The notes: generated from the letters alone by a model not told the origin. A stretch of DNA of 64,000 nt from an uncultured bacterium (GCA_965372795.1 CBDVDR010000013.1:1-64000); one strand, 5' to 3'; positions 1-9,376 are shown, counted from the first letter of the stretch. Made by a program: numbers and translations.

Positions 1-46
1 CAAGTGCTAACAATTTCTTTTAATTCAGAACTTTTATAATAATCAC

Positions 47-77
47 AAAAAATACCGGTATCCTGTTGAGATACCGG
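47..77 (-). terminator. Intrinsic terminator after the 655-100 operon
   Basis: CCGGTATC(55-62)/GATACCGG(70-77) stem; A-run at 47-52 is a U-tract on the minus strand. Confidence 0.6.
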
Positions 78-99
78 CATATAAGAGATAAACTACTCT

Positions 100-435
100 T
101 TACCCTTTAAAAAGAAGTAAAAGAGAACCAACTGTTACTGTCACTGGCAAAAGTGCAAAAAATGAATACGGCACAAACATTGAGCCGATAAATGCCAGAG
201 CAACAGCTGGAATTACAAGAAATTTAATTGTAGAAAATGTTATTTTTGCAAGCCTTGAAGCTACAAAAACTAAAACAGCAGCCAAAGTAATATATGCCGC
301 AATCAGACCATTCTGCCCAAAATGCTCGATAATTAAACCCTTTACAGTTCCAAGCAGACTTGAATATTCTTCTGCCTTGACTGAAGCACTTTCAGTAAAA
401 TCTTGTACCTGACTGAGCAAATTATCTTTAAGCAT
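100..435 (-). CDS. Hypothetical membrane protein
   Basis: 111-aa ORF with about 3 hydrophobic segments; overlaps the stop of the upstream ORF. Confidence 0.75.
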   Translation of the reverse strand: MLKDNLLSQVQDFTESASVKAEEYSSLLGTVKGLIIEHFGQNGLIAAYITLAAVLVFVASRLAKITFSTIKFLVIPAVALAFIGSMFVPYSFFALLPVTVTVGSLLLLFKG

Positions 436-655
436 TTTCTGCCTCTTCTAAAGGTTCAATGGTTAATGTTGATTCACCAACTCTTGTTAGTCCCTCCATT
501 CTTGTAGTGAGAAAATTCTTGGAAGTTATCCACTTATGAGACACTTCTAAAATTTCCTGCTGGTCAACGTCACTTTCCCAATCCAAAATGACCTGATCAA
601 TACTTTGGTCATCTACAACGAGGTTTTCCATGGTCAAAACGAACTTCACTTTCAT
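428..655 (-). CDS. Small acidic hypothetical protein
   Basis: 75-aa ORF directly downstream of a sigma54 promoter and coupled to the 111-aa ORF. Confidence 0.7.
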   Translation of the reverse strand: MKVKFVLTMENLVVDDQSIDQVILDWESDVDQQEILEVSHKWITSKNFLTTRMEGLTRVGESTLTIEPLEEAENA

Positions 656-702
656 AACGTACCGTCCCGTTACAGGTTCTTATTTGTTCCACAGAAACTT
701 AT

Positions 703-718
703 TGCAACTCTAGTGCCA
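703..718 (-). promoter_or_regulatory. Sigma54 (-24/-12) promoter
   Basis: Minus strand reads TGGCAC-TAGAG-TTGCA, matching the TGGCAC-N5-TTGC(A/T) consensus, ~50 nt upstream of the ATG at 655. Confidence 0.75.
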
Positions 719-863
719 GTTTACGTCCACAGTTCAGCTCATGAAGTAAGTTGTTGCATGTTATGGTCTTAATGTTTATAAATGTTGGATTATTGAACAG
801 TTTTTGAATTTTATGTGATTATTTGAGATAGTAAATTGTATTGGAAACATCCCATAGGTGTTG

Positions 864-893
864 AAAAAAAACCCGGCAGAATCAACTGCCGGG
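864..893 (-). terminator. Intrinsic terminator
   Basis: CCCGGCAG/CTGCCGGG 8-bp GC stem followed on the minus strand by 8 T. Confidence 0.8.
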
Positions 894-1237
894 CATGGTA
901 TTACAGAATTTTAACTGAAGATAGTTTCCAAGCTTATAATATTGTTGGGCAATTTTACAAGAACTCACTCCAATTAGCTCTTACTTCAAGTCATCCCTGA
1001 CCTGAACAATATTACTCCGCTTTTTTATAATCTTCTAACTTTGATTTGTGGTTTAAATCATTACTCTGCATAGGAAAAAGCTTAAGAATCTATCACGCCA
1101 TAAGCATACTCTCCTTGGTTAAAAGTCACTAACAGGCGGTTAGGATTTTGAAAAGTCAGGGCTGGAGTCAAAGTGCTTCGTATTTCAAATTTGTGAGGGT
1201 CGCGTTAAGGCGAGTCTGGAGTCAACTCGCCTTATTT
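864..1237 (-). ncRNA. Candidate small RNA (~370 nt), no recognised family
   Basis: TTGACA at 1272-1267 with a TATTAT/TATCTT -10-like box, a 5' 10-bp hairpin, a terminator at 864-893, and no ORF of 60 aa or more in the ORF track. Confidence 0.35.
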
Positions 1238-1328
1238 AATTTAAGATAATACGCGCCTGCTAAATGTGTCAAGCTAAAAGTGTAATAAATTGGTCGATAT
1301 TTCGATTTAAATTAATAAATGAAAGTGA

Positions 1329-1907
1329 CTATTTAGCACAAACTTCTATCACATCAGCATTAAAATAGAAGTAATCAATTAAAACTGTCAGATCAACTAT
1401 GTTTATCTCATTGTTAGCGTCAGGATATACATTTGCTTCACCCAAGCAGCATTGCAAATTACCCTGTAAAAAGATATAATCTACCAAAGTTATAATATCT
1501 GCGATATTAATTATTTCTTCTTCATCACAATTAACGTTCCCCTTCATACCCTCACAAACTCCCATTCCTGCTTTCCTTAAAACTACATTGGACATAACGG
1601 CCCAATTATCCACATCATCACATGACTTCAATGCGAAGTAATAATTCGTCCCTGTTTCGAGCCCTTCAATTAATACAGATTGTTTCCCCCCGGCTTGGAC
1701 GGGTGTTATAATTGTATTCGCTGACTGGGCTAAATCCCAATTACTCTCCGACAAGAAAGAAGTGGAATAACGAATGTCATACTTGGAGACTATGCCTTGC
1801 ATCCCGTCATCACCGGGAGCTGTCCAACTAAGAGTCACTGAACATGGCAGTGCAGATTGCGTCAGTAATAGCACATAGCTAATTACGACAACTAAGATTT
1901 TTTTCAA
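1329..1907 (-). CDS. Secreted fibronectin type III + dockerin-like domain protein
   Basis: Signal peptide; VTLSWTAPGDD...YDIRYS...YYFALK FN3 motif; duplicated GNVNCD...INIADITLVDY-like dockerin loops. Confidence 0.8.
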   Translation of the reverse strand: MKKILVVVISYVLLLTQSALPCSVTLSWTAPGDDGMQGIVSKYDIRYSTSFLSESNWDLAQSANTIITPVQAGGKQSVLIEGLETGTNYYFALKSCDDVDNWAVMSNVVLRKAGMGVCEGMKGNVNCDEEEIINIADIITLVDYIFLQGNLQCCLGEANVYPDANNEINIVDLTVLIDYFYFNADVIEVCAK

Positions 1908-2239
1908 CTAACGATCCCTCAACCTTTGTGCTTCCGGTCCCTCAACCTCAGCAACTTTTTTTTTGATCCGCGGCTCTGTCAGTTTACCTCCCGTGATTGA
2001 CAAAACCATTTTCCTTAAAAAGAGAGTAATGCGATAAACAAAATTAATCAATAAAAACCTTTGCCTGGAGCCGCTTTTCATAGGGTAAAATTCAATAAAT
2101 GATATTGGATTAAATTAATCTTTATAATCGAATATCCCCCTATAAAAATCCATTTTTGGCTAACCTCTTTCAACGCTTGTGTTTTTCGCATTCTTGTACT
2201 ATTTTTTAACATACAAGAAAAATGAAACGGAGGAACTGT

Positions 2240-4711
2240 ATGTCAAGAATCGTCACCCATTTAATTTCAACTTTACTTTTCTGTATAGTATTAATCTATT
2301 CAAATGCTCTTGCAGGATCTAATGAGGGTTATCAACTGCCACCCAAACCCGTTGCCGATTTGATTGACGCCCCATGGACTCCGAGTGTCTCTATTAGTCC
2401 TGATAAAAAATGGATGTTGCTTACTCAATACCCCGGCTATCCGAGCATTGAAGAAGTCGCTCAAAAAGAATTACGAATCGCCGGATTACGAATCAATCCA
2501 AAAACCAACGGTCCCAGTCGTGCCTGGCGGGCAGTCGGACTAAAACTTAAAAAGATTTCTGACGGTTCAGAGTATGAAATTTCCGGACTCCCTGAAAATG
2601 CTTTGATAACCAACTCGTCATGGTCTAATGACGGCAATTATATCTCTTTTATAAACACAACCGAAACCGGTCTGAACCTTTGGTTAATTTCAGTCAAAGA
2701 TCGGACTGCTAAAAAATTATCTGATGTTTTCCTAAACGGTGCCTCGGGAACTCCATATCGTTGGTCATCTGACAATAAAACGATTTATGCCCGGTCAATT
2801 ATATCTTCTCGCGGTGAAGCTCCGGTCAAACCAGGCGTACCGGTCGGACCTATCATTCAGGTTAACTTAGGACGGAAAGCTCCGGCCAGAACCTATCAGG
2901 ATTTGCTGACCAATAAATATGATGAATCGCTTTTTGAATATTACATGCTTTCTCAAGTTATCAAAATTACGCTTGATGGCACAACCACCAAACTTGGAAC
3001 TCCGGGATTATTCACCTATGCCGGTCCTTCCCCGGATGGTAAATATCTGCTGGTCGAACAAACTCATCGACCATTTTCATACACCATTACCTATCGCCGT
3101 TTTCCTGAAAAATCACAAATTTGGGATACTGATGGTAAACTGATCTATGAAGTTTTTGATGCTCCGCTCTCTGAAGAAATTCCAATCTCCTACGGTTCGG
3201 TTCGAACCGGACGGCGTTCAATCAACTGGCGCAATGATGCCCCGGCTCAGATCGTTTGGACAGAAGCTCTTGATGGCGGCGATGCCGGCGCGGAGGCTGA
3301 ATATCGCGATGAAATTTTCATGCTTGATACCCCGTTTGATAAAGAACCGGTTTCATTGATTAAACTACCATTACGTTCCGGTGGAATTACCTGGGGTAAT
3401 GATAAACTGGCTATTGCATCATGCTGGTACTGGAAAACCCGCCAAACACAATCCTGGATCGTTCAACCGGGCAACCCATCAGCCAAACCGGAACTTCTGA
3501 TTGACCGAAGCTGGGAAGATCGCTATGGTGATCCGGGTAACCCGTTAACTAAAATGAACAAATGGGGCAAGTCGGTTCTACTGACTGATAAAAAAGGCAA
3601 GTTCCTTTATCTATCAGCTCAGGGTGCCTCCGATGAAGGCGACCGTCCGTTTATTGATGAGTTTGATATTAAAACCAAAAAAGCAACCAGACTGTTCCGT
3701 TCGGAAGCTCCTTATTTTGAAAGTCTGGTCAAATTTATTGATGTTGATAAAAAAATACTTCTCACCCGTCGTGAATCAGTCACCGAACAACCAAACTATT
3801 TTATCCGTGACTTGAACAACAACAAACTGACTCAGGTTACAGATTTTCCACATCCGACTCCTCAGTTAAAAGATGTTCAAAAAGAGATGATTCATTTCAA
3901 GCGTTCCGACGGTGTTGACTTGACCGGTACTCTGTATCTACCTCCCGGCTATACAAAAGATCAGGGACCCCTTCCGATGTTGATGTGGGCATACCCACAG
4001 GAATTCAAAGATGCTTCTGCGGCCAGTCAGGTCACCGGATCGCCACACAAGTTTGTCCGTGTCAGTGGTCATTCTCCGCTGTTGTGGTTGATGATGGGTT
4101 ATGCGGTGCTTGATGATCCTTCGATGCCTATCGTTGGTGAAGGTGACGATGAACCAAACGATAAATTTATCGAGCAACTGGTATCTTCGGCACAGGCTGC
4201 GATTGATGAAGTTGTCAAACTCGGTGTGGCTGATCGTGAAAAAATTGCTATCGGCGGACATTCTTATGGTGCTTTTATGACAGCGAACCTTCTGGCTCAT
4301 TCCGATCTGTTCCGTTTGGGAGTGGCTCGAAGCGGTGCCTATAACCGAACTTTGACACCATTTGGATTCCAGTCTGAAGAACGCACATTGTGGGAAGCTC
4401 CGGAGGTTTATTTTACAATGTCGCCGTTTATGCATGCTGAGAAAATTGATGAACCGATTCTTTTGATTCATGGTCAGGCTGACAATAATTCCGGCACTTA
4501 TCCTTTGCAGAGCGAACGTTTTTATTCGGCTCTGAAAGGTCATGGTGCGACTGCCAAGCTGGTCATGCTTCCACATGAAAGCCATGGTTATCGGGCGCGT
4601 GAATCTTTGATGCACATGCTTTATGAGACGAATAACTGGCTTGACAAATATGTTAAGAACGCCGAACCTCGCGAAGTCTTGAAAACCGAAACCGAAACCG
4701 GCGGCAAGTAA
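2240..4711 (+). CDS. Secreted S9 family (prolyl oligopeptidase-like) serine peptidase
   Basis: GHSYGA nucleophile motif, IHGQADNN and LPHESH triad motifs, propeller-like N-terminus; ATG at 2240 follows a GGAGG RBS (ORF track starts at 2222). Confidence 0.9.
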   Translation: MSRIVTHLISTLLFCIVLIYSNALAGSNEGYQLPPKPVADLIDAPWTPSVSISPDKKWMLLTQYPGYPSIEEVAQKELRIAGLRINPKTNGPSRAWRAVGLKLKKISDGSEYEISGLPENALITNSSWSNDGNYISFINTTETGLNLWLISVKDRTAKKLSDVFLNGASGTPYRWSSDNKTIYARSIISSRGEAPVKPGVPVGPIIQVNLGRKAPARTYQDLLTNKYDESLFEYYMLSQVIKITLDGTTTKLGTPGLFTYAGPSPDGKYLLVEQTHRPFSYTITYRRFPEKSQIWDTDGKLIYEVFDAPLSEEIPISYGSVRTGRRSINWRNDAPAQIVWTEALDGGDAGAEAEYRDEIFMLDTPFDKEPVSLIKLPLRSGGITWGNDKLAIASCWYWKTRQTQSWIVQPGNPSAKPELLIDRSWEDRYGDPGNPLTKMNKWGKSVLLTDKKGKFLYLSAQGASDEGDRPFIDEFDIKTKKATRLFRSEAPYFESLVKFIDVDKKILLTRRESVTEQPNYFIRDLNNNKLTQVTDFPHPTPQLKDVQKEMIHFKRSDGVDLTGTLYLPPGYTKDQGPLPMLMWAYPQEFKDASAASQVTGSPHKFVRVSGHSPLLWLMMGYAVLDDPSMPIVGEGDDEPNDKFIEQLVSSAQAAIDEVVKLGVADREKIAIGGHSYGAFMTANLLAHSDLFRLGVARSGAYNRTLTPFGFQSEERTLWEAPEVYFTMSPFMHAEKIDEPILLIHGQADNNSGTYPLQSERFYSALKGHGATAKLVMLPHESHGYRARESLMHMLYETNNWLDKYVKNAEPREVLKTETETGGK

Positions 4712-4729
4712 AATCCAAAGTTATTAATT

Positions 4730-4756
4730 GTCATCCCCGCGAAAGCGGGGAACCAG
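4730..4756 (+). repeat. GTCATCCCCGCG-AAA-GCGGGG palindromic REP-like element
   Basis: Hairpin CCCCGC-GAAA-GCGGGG preceded by GTCAT, a common short dispersed palindrome type. Confidence 0.55.
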
Positions 4757-4761
4757 TCTTT

Positions 4762-4792
4762 GTAGGGCAGGTCTCACTCACTGAGACCTGCC
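4762..4792 (+). repeat. GTAG-type REP hairpin
   Basis: GTAG followed by GGCAGGTCTCA-ctcac-TGAGACCTGCC; related copy at 9381-9407 on the minus strand. Confidence 0.6.
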
Positions 4793-4810
4793 TTATTTGT
4801 AGAAACAGTC

Positions 4811-4876
4811 GTTTTTTCACTATAAACCATTGTAGTAAATCATAGTACAACCAAAATGGGTTCGTTTTGTTACTTT
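4811..4876 (+). repeat. Left inverted repeat of the R-M cassette
   Basis: 29-bp core 4840-4868 is the exact reverse complement of 7980-8008; imperfect similarity extends to ~65 bp. Confidence 0.85.
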
Positions 4877-5010
4877 TATGCTTTACATTCCAATTTGTGA
4901 TTGACATTCGCTGGGAATTTTTGATATCATATAATAAATATTAGGAAGGATAAACTCTCATCGCAGATAAAATACTTGTAAGACAAGTACCACCAAAAAT
5001 CCAAAAGTGG

Positions 5011-6147
5011 TTGAAGTCTGAAACTAAGAGAACAGGTGCAACCCAACAGAAAATAATTTTATCAGCTCTTAAAAGAGCCGTTGATAGTGGCCAGACACCC
5101 CTTTTTCATGAACCCCAAATATCAGATAATAATGTAGGCAGTATAAACATACCATTTACATTCATTGACCTTTTTGCTGGGATTGGGGGATTTCGATTTG
5201 CGTTAAATGGATTGGGTGGAGACTGTTTATTTACATGTGAATGGGATAAGTATGCCCAGAAGACATACAGAGAATGGTTTGGTGATCAGGAAATAGCTGG
5301 TGATATCAGAGATATAAATCCTGCTGACATACCTGATCATGATATCATGGCAGCTGGATTTCCCTGTCAACCCTTCTCAATAGCTGGTGTTTCAAAGAGA
5401 ACAAGTCTTGGCAGAGCCCATGGATTTAAAGACCAAACACAAGGAACATTATTTTTCCAACTTGCTACAATTGTACAAATTAAACGCCCACCTATTCTAT
5501 TGCTTGAAAATGTGAAAAACCTTCTATCTCATGATAATAAGAGGACATGGAATGTTATTGAATCAACTTTAGATAAAGAACTCAACTATAAAGTTTTTAA
5601 GAAAGTAATTGATGCTGCAGACTATGTTCCTCAACACAGAGAAAGAGTATTTATTGTTTGCTTTGACAGGGAAGTTTTTGGAGATAGTATTCCTTTTGAA
5701 TTCCCTACTCCACCATCAAGTGATAAACCGATATTAAAAAATATTTTAGATAAAAGAGTATCGGGCAAATATACTTTATCAGACAAACTATGGAAATATT
5801 TACAGGACTATGCAGCATCACATCGAGCAAAAGGTAATGGCTTTGGTTATGGATTAGCTGATAGAAATGGGATCAGTCGAACGCTTAGTGCAAGATATTT
5901 TAAGGATGGTTCAGAGATACTTATTCCACAATTAAATGGCAAGAATCCACGAAGACTTACTCCAAAAGAAGCAGCACGATTGATGGGATTTACAGATTTC
6001 TCTGATAAAATTGAAGTTTCTGATACTCAGGCTTATCGTCAATTTGGGAATGCAGTCGTACCTGCAGTAGTCTCAGCAGTAGGAAAACAAATCTTAAATG
6101 TTATCCTTTGGCATGTACTTAAAAATGGTAGTATTATAAAAAGGTAA
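5011..6147 (+). CDS. dcm: DNA (cytosine-5)-methyltransferase, Dcm/M.EcoRII-like (probably CCWGG)
   Basis: FIDLFAGIGG, GFPCQPFS, ENVKNL, PQHRER, GFGYG...RTLSARYFKDGSEILI and QFGNAV motifs; exact start uncertain. Confidence 0.9.
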   Translation: MKSETKRTGATQQKIILSALKRAVDSGQTPLFHEPQISDNNVGSINIPFTFIDLFAGIGGFRFALNGLGGDCLFTCEWDKYAQKTYREWFGDQEIAGDIRDINPADIPDHDIMAAGFPCQPFSIAGVSKRTSLGRAHGFKDQTQGTLFFQLATIVQIKRPPILLLENVKNLLSHDNKRTWNVIESTLDKELNYKVFKKVIDAADYVPQHRERVFIVCFDREVFGDSIPFEFPTPPSSDKPILKNILDKRVSGKYTLSDKLWKYLQDYAASHRAKGNGFGYGLADRNGISRTLSARYFKDGSEILIPQLNGKNPRRLTPKEAARLMGFTDFSDKIEVSDTQAYRQFGNAVVPAVVSAVGKQILNVILWHVLKNGSIIKR

Positions 6148-6155
6148 AATGCTTT

Positions 6156-7313
6156 ATGCCAAGTGCTATATGTGAACTTGCTATTACGGATTCCTTAAAG
6201 GCTGGTAAAGCACTTCTAAAGTTTATCTCTGCAAATAATGTGGGTAGTACTGGTAGTCATGAATGTGGTTACTATCTTCCTAAAGCAGCATGGCCTTTAT
6301 ACGCACCCTTCCCCCCTGAAAAAGGAGATAACAAAAAGAATGATGTCAAGATAACATGGCAAGCAGATATACAAACAGATTCAGTTGTTACGTGGTATGG
6401 GAAAGGCACCAGAAGTGAATATAGGCTTACACGGTTTGGATCGGACTTTCCTTTCTTAAATGAGGATTGTATTGGTAACTTATTAATATTGATACCTGTC
6501 TCTATGAATCAATTCAATGCTTATGTTCTTGATACTGAAGAAGACATTATAGAAATTCAAGCAACATTAGGGGTAGATATTGTTGGATCATGGGGAGTTT
6601 TTGATTCACAAGGTTCTCTCATTTTTGAGAATCCCCAAAATTGTATAAGTAGGTTATTTCGTAAATTTTCAAGCTCCCAATCTTCTTTTCCAACTGGGCA
6701 AGTCTTCTCAGACTACACTCAGAATGCTGTCAATAAATGTATAAGTAAATTTGGAGAAAACTCCACTGACAAACAACTTTTACGCCTAATAGAAAATGAG
6801 TATCGACTATTCAGGATGGTTGAGAGAAATTTATGTCAGTCAAAAGTAAGCCGATTATTTAAAAACATAGATGACTTCCTATCTACTGCAGCAACAATTT
6901 TGAATCGGAGAAAGTCACGGGCAGGAAGATCATTAGAAAATCATGTAGAATACCTTTTCAACAGTGCTTCACTAAATTTTGATATGCGTCCACCCATTGA
7001 CGGTAACCCTGATGTTATCTTCCCAAGCAAAGAAGCTTATTTGGATGACACATTTCCTGTTGATAAACTGACAATGCTGGGAGTTAAAACGACTTGTAAA
7101 GATAGATGGCGGCAGGTCCTTAATGAGGCTAAACGGATTCCAGTGAAGCATCTTTTGACTTTACAATCAGGTATATCAAAGAAACAGTTGGATGAAATGG
7201 CTATTGCCAAAATAGTTCTAATTGTCCCAAAGGGGTTGCATAAGGATTATCCAGCTGAATATAGAAGCAAATTATTATCAATTGATTCATTTATAGATAA
7301 GATGAAAGGATAG
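6156..7313 (+). CDS. Type II restriction endonuclease, EcoRII-like (N-terminal effector + C-terminal catalytic domain)
   Basis: KFISANNVGSTGSH and RSEYRLTRFG (EcoRII-N); NRRKSRAGRSLENH, PD...KTTCKDRWRQVLNEA (EcoRII-C). Confidence 0.85.
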   Translation: MPSAICELAITDSLKAGKALLKFISANNVGSTGSHECGYYLPKAAWPLYAPFPPEKGDNKKNDVKITWQADIQTDSVVTWYGKGTRSEYRLTRFGSDFPFLNEDCIGNLLILIPVSMNQFNAYVLDTEEDIIEIQATLGVDIVGSWGVFDSQGSLIFENPQNCISRLFRKFSSSQSSFPTGQVFSDYTQNAVNKCISKFGENSTDKQLLRLIENEYRLFRMVERNLCQSKVSRLFKNIDDFLSTAATILNRRKSRAGRSLENHVEYLFNSASLNFDMRPPIDGNPDVIFPSKEAYLDDTFPVDKLTMLGVKTTCKDRWRQVLNEAKRIPVKHLLTLQSGISKKQLDEMAIAKIVLIVPKGLHKDYPAEYRSKLLSIDSFIDKMKG

Positions 7314-7322
7314 TTTAGTATT

Positions 7323-7730
7323 ATGGCAGATGTCCTTACTCCTGAACAACGAAGAAGGAACATGTCTGCAATCCGATCAAAGGACACTACGCCAGAGATG
7401 ATTGTAAGAAAGTTGGTCCATGGTATGGGATACCGATATAGACTTCATAGAAAAGACCTGCCTGGTAAACCCGATCTTGTTTTCCCCCGTATGAAAAAAA
7501 TTGTTTTTGTAAATGGATGTTATTGGCACATGCATAATTGCAAATATGGAAAAGTTGTCCCTAAGACTAATGCTAAATTCTGGCGTGATAAAAGAACATC
7601 TACTGTTACAAGAGACAAAAAAAACATTCAGCAATTGAAGAAACTTGGGTGGGATGTATTGGTTGTCTGGGAGTGTCAAACTAATGTTCTCCCAATAATA
7701 AAAAGAGAGATAAGTCATTTCTTTAATTAA
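7323..7730 (+). CDS. vsr: Very short patch repair endonuclease
   Basis: RRRNMSAIRSKDTTPE, LPGKPDLV, FVNGCYWHMH and GWDVLVVWEC motifs. Confidence 0.92.
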   Translation: MADVLTPEQRRRNMSAIRSKDTTPEMIVRKLVHGMGYRYRLHRKDLPGKPDLVFPRMKKIVFVNGCYWHMHNCKYGKVVPKTNAKFWRDKRTSTVTRDKKNIQQLKKLGWDVLVVWECQTNVLPIIKREISHFFN

Positions 7731-7971
7731 TAAGTAAATAAAACAACTTATGTGAATTCTTTAGAGCGGAACCAATTTGTAGTTCTACCATCAAATTCAA
7801 TATCCGATACCAATTTCCCCACCAAATCATTGATGAATGCGATCTCGCGACCCTTTATAAAGGAGGTACGGTGAGTTATGTCTCAAATTCCAACTGCAAA
7901 AAACAGTAAATTTCACAAAGTAATAATTCAAAGAAAAACACACAATGTGCCTTTAAAGTACCGTAACACTC

Positions 7972-8036
7972 AAAGTAATAAAACGAACCCATTTTGGTTG
8001 TACTATGAATTATCATAATGATTTACAGCAAAAACA
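7972..8036 (-). repeat. Right inverted repeat of the R-M cassette
   Basis: AAAACGAACCCATTTTGGTTGTACTATGA (7980-8008) is the reverse complement of 4840-4868. Confidence 0.85.
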
Positions 8037-8147
8037 GCAGGACTCGGACAACCACAGGCAGACGAGGGTGACTGCTGTCCACACAACGTCTGCCGCCTTC
8101 TAGAATCAACTCACACCGGATTGTTTGAGGTTATACAATCATCAGAA

Positions 8148-8372
8148 TTAAGTTGATGAATCTTCTTCATCGGTGGTGAATTCTAAAATATCACCTGGCT
8201 GACAATCGAGCACATCACAAATTGCGTTGAGTGTTGAAAACCGTACTGCCCGAGCGTGACCTTTTTTGAGAACCGACAGATTCGCAATGGTAACACCCAC
8301 TTTTTCAGACAGCTCGGTCAGGCTCATCTTGCGCCGAACCAACATGAGATCGAGGTTTACTAATATTGCCAT
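8148..8372 (-). CDS. Cro/C1-type HTH transcriptional regulator (YozG-like)
   Basis: MSLTELSEKVGVTIANLSVLKKG...RFSTLNAICDVLDCQPGDILE. Confidence 0.88.
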   Translation of the reverse strand: MAILVNLDLMLVRRKMSLTELSEKVGVTIANLSVLKKGHARAVRFSTLNAICDVLDCQPGDILEFTTDEEDSST

Positions 8373-8382
8373 TATCCCTTCC

Positions 8383-9231
8383 TCATATAGTCAACTCGTT
8401 TTCACGCTGAATACGCGAGCCTAACTCAAACAGATGAGCAATAGCAATGATCACCAGTCCAACAATGATAAGCTTTGGATATAAATGGAGTTCAACGCTG
8501 GTACGTGCATTCGACAATCCAAGCCAAGGCAGATAGTATGCACCCTGTAAGAAATTAAATGTGCCGTAGACAGGACCCCATATTGCTATAAGATAGCCAA
8601 CTTTCAGAAGATCTTTTGAGTTCTGTTTAAAAAATGGTTTGTCGTTTAATATTGATCTGAAAATTCTCCTCAGGAAAAATGTTGCTGCCATCACAAACAG
8701 AGCACTAAGAATCATGTCAACCACAACCGATGACGGCCAATTACCTCCCGGCATATGGTACACAGAGTAATTATGACCAATAAGTTCTATGCCATCGCCA
8801 CGATTACTGAATTCAGCGCCCTCCCATGGAATCAATTCCGGCGACTCATGCAGGTAAACCCTGATCGGCAACTCAAGCGTCGGGCCACTGAAGAAACTTA
8901 TGTTTGAACTAAAAACAACTTCACTAATAATAGTCAGGGCTACAAATACCAATCCTCCGTACCAAACCGCATCAAGTATAAATTTTACTGCCCTTACTGA
9001 TGGTGTCCGGATGATTTCTTCTCTTGTCCGTTCCCGCCTCCGCTCTTCATCCTGCTTGATGGGCAAGCTTGATCGAGGAGCCGGAGCCGGTCTTTGCATA
9101 TCAAAATACTCAGCCGATTCCGGCACTGTTACCTGTTTATCACAGTTAGTGCACTGAGCTTGCTCACCTTTTTTGAGATAATAAACTATCAGTTCCTTAT
9201 CACAATGCTCACAATTGAATTTGATTGCCAT
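8383..9231 (-). CDS. DUF2975-like membrane protein with N-terminal zinc ribbon
   Basis: CEHC...CTNC N-terminus; PF..N..L and C-terminal ENELTI typical of DUF2975; usual pairing with a YozG-type HTH. Confidence 0.75.
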   Translation of the reverse strand: MAIKFNCEHCDKELIVYYLKKGEQAQCTNCDKQVTVPESAEYFDMQRPAPAPRSSLPIKQDEERRRERTREEIIRTPSVRAVKFILDAVWYGGLVFVALTIISEVVFSSNISFFSGPTLELPIRVYLHESPELIPWEGAEFSNRGDGIELIGHNYSVYHMPGGNWPSSVVVDMILSALFVMAATFFLRRIFRSILNDKPFFKQNSKDLLKVGYLIAIWGPVYGTFNFLQGAYYLPWLGLSNARTSVELHLYPKLIIVGLVIIAIAHLFELGSRIQRENELTI

Positions 9232-9376
9232 ATTTCCCTCTATACCGTTATAGTTGATTACGTATCTATTATCGGCATATAATTACTATTTGTCAATATA
9301 TATTTATCGTTTATCAATAATATTTTAATTGTAAGTATTATTAGAATTGTTATCTGTATGATTAGTAATGAATTAG

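Noticed and set aside
864..1240. tmRNA or RNase P RNA, suggested by the length
   Set aside because: No tRNA-like GGGG...TTCGA...CCA ends and no GAGGAAAGTCC signature
1945..2000. Possible c-di-GMP-I riboswitch upstream of the dockerin gene (GGTAAAC...GACAGAGCCGCGGATC...GTTGC on the minus strand)
   Set aside because: Only fragments resemble the motif; the GAAA-capped P2 stem and a proper P3 are missing
2919..4615. Alternative-frame and antisense ORFs inside the S9 peptidase (e.g. 3938-4615, 225 aa) and similar short ORFs within other long genes
   Set aside because: They lie inside well-supported genes and have no motifs; they are shadow ORFs
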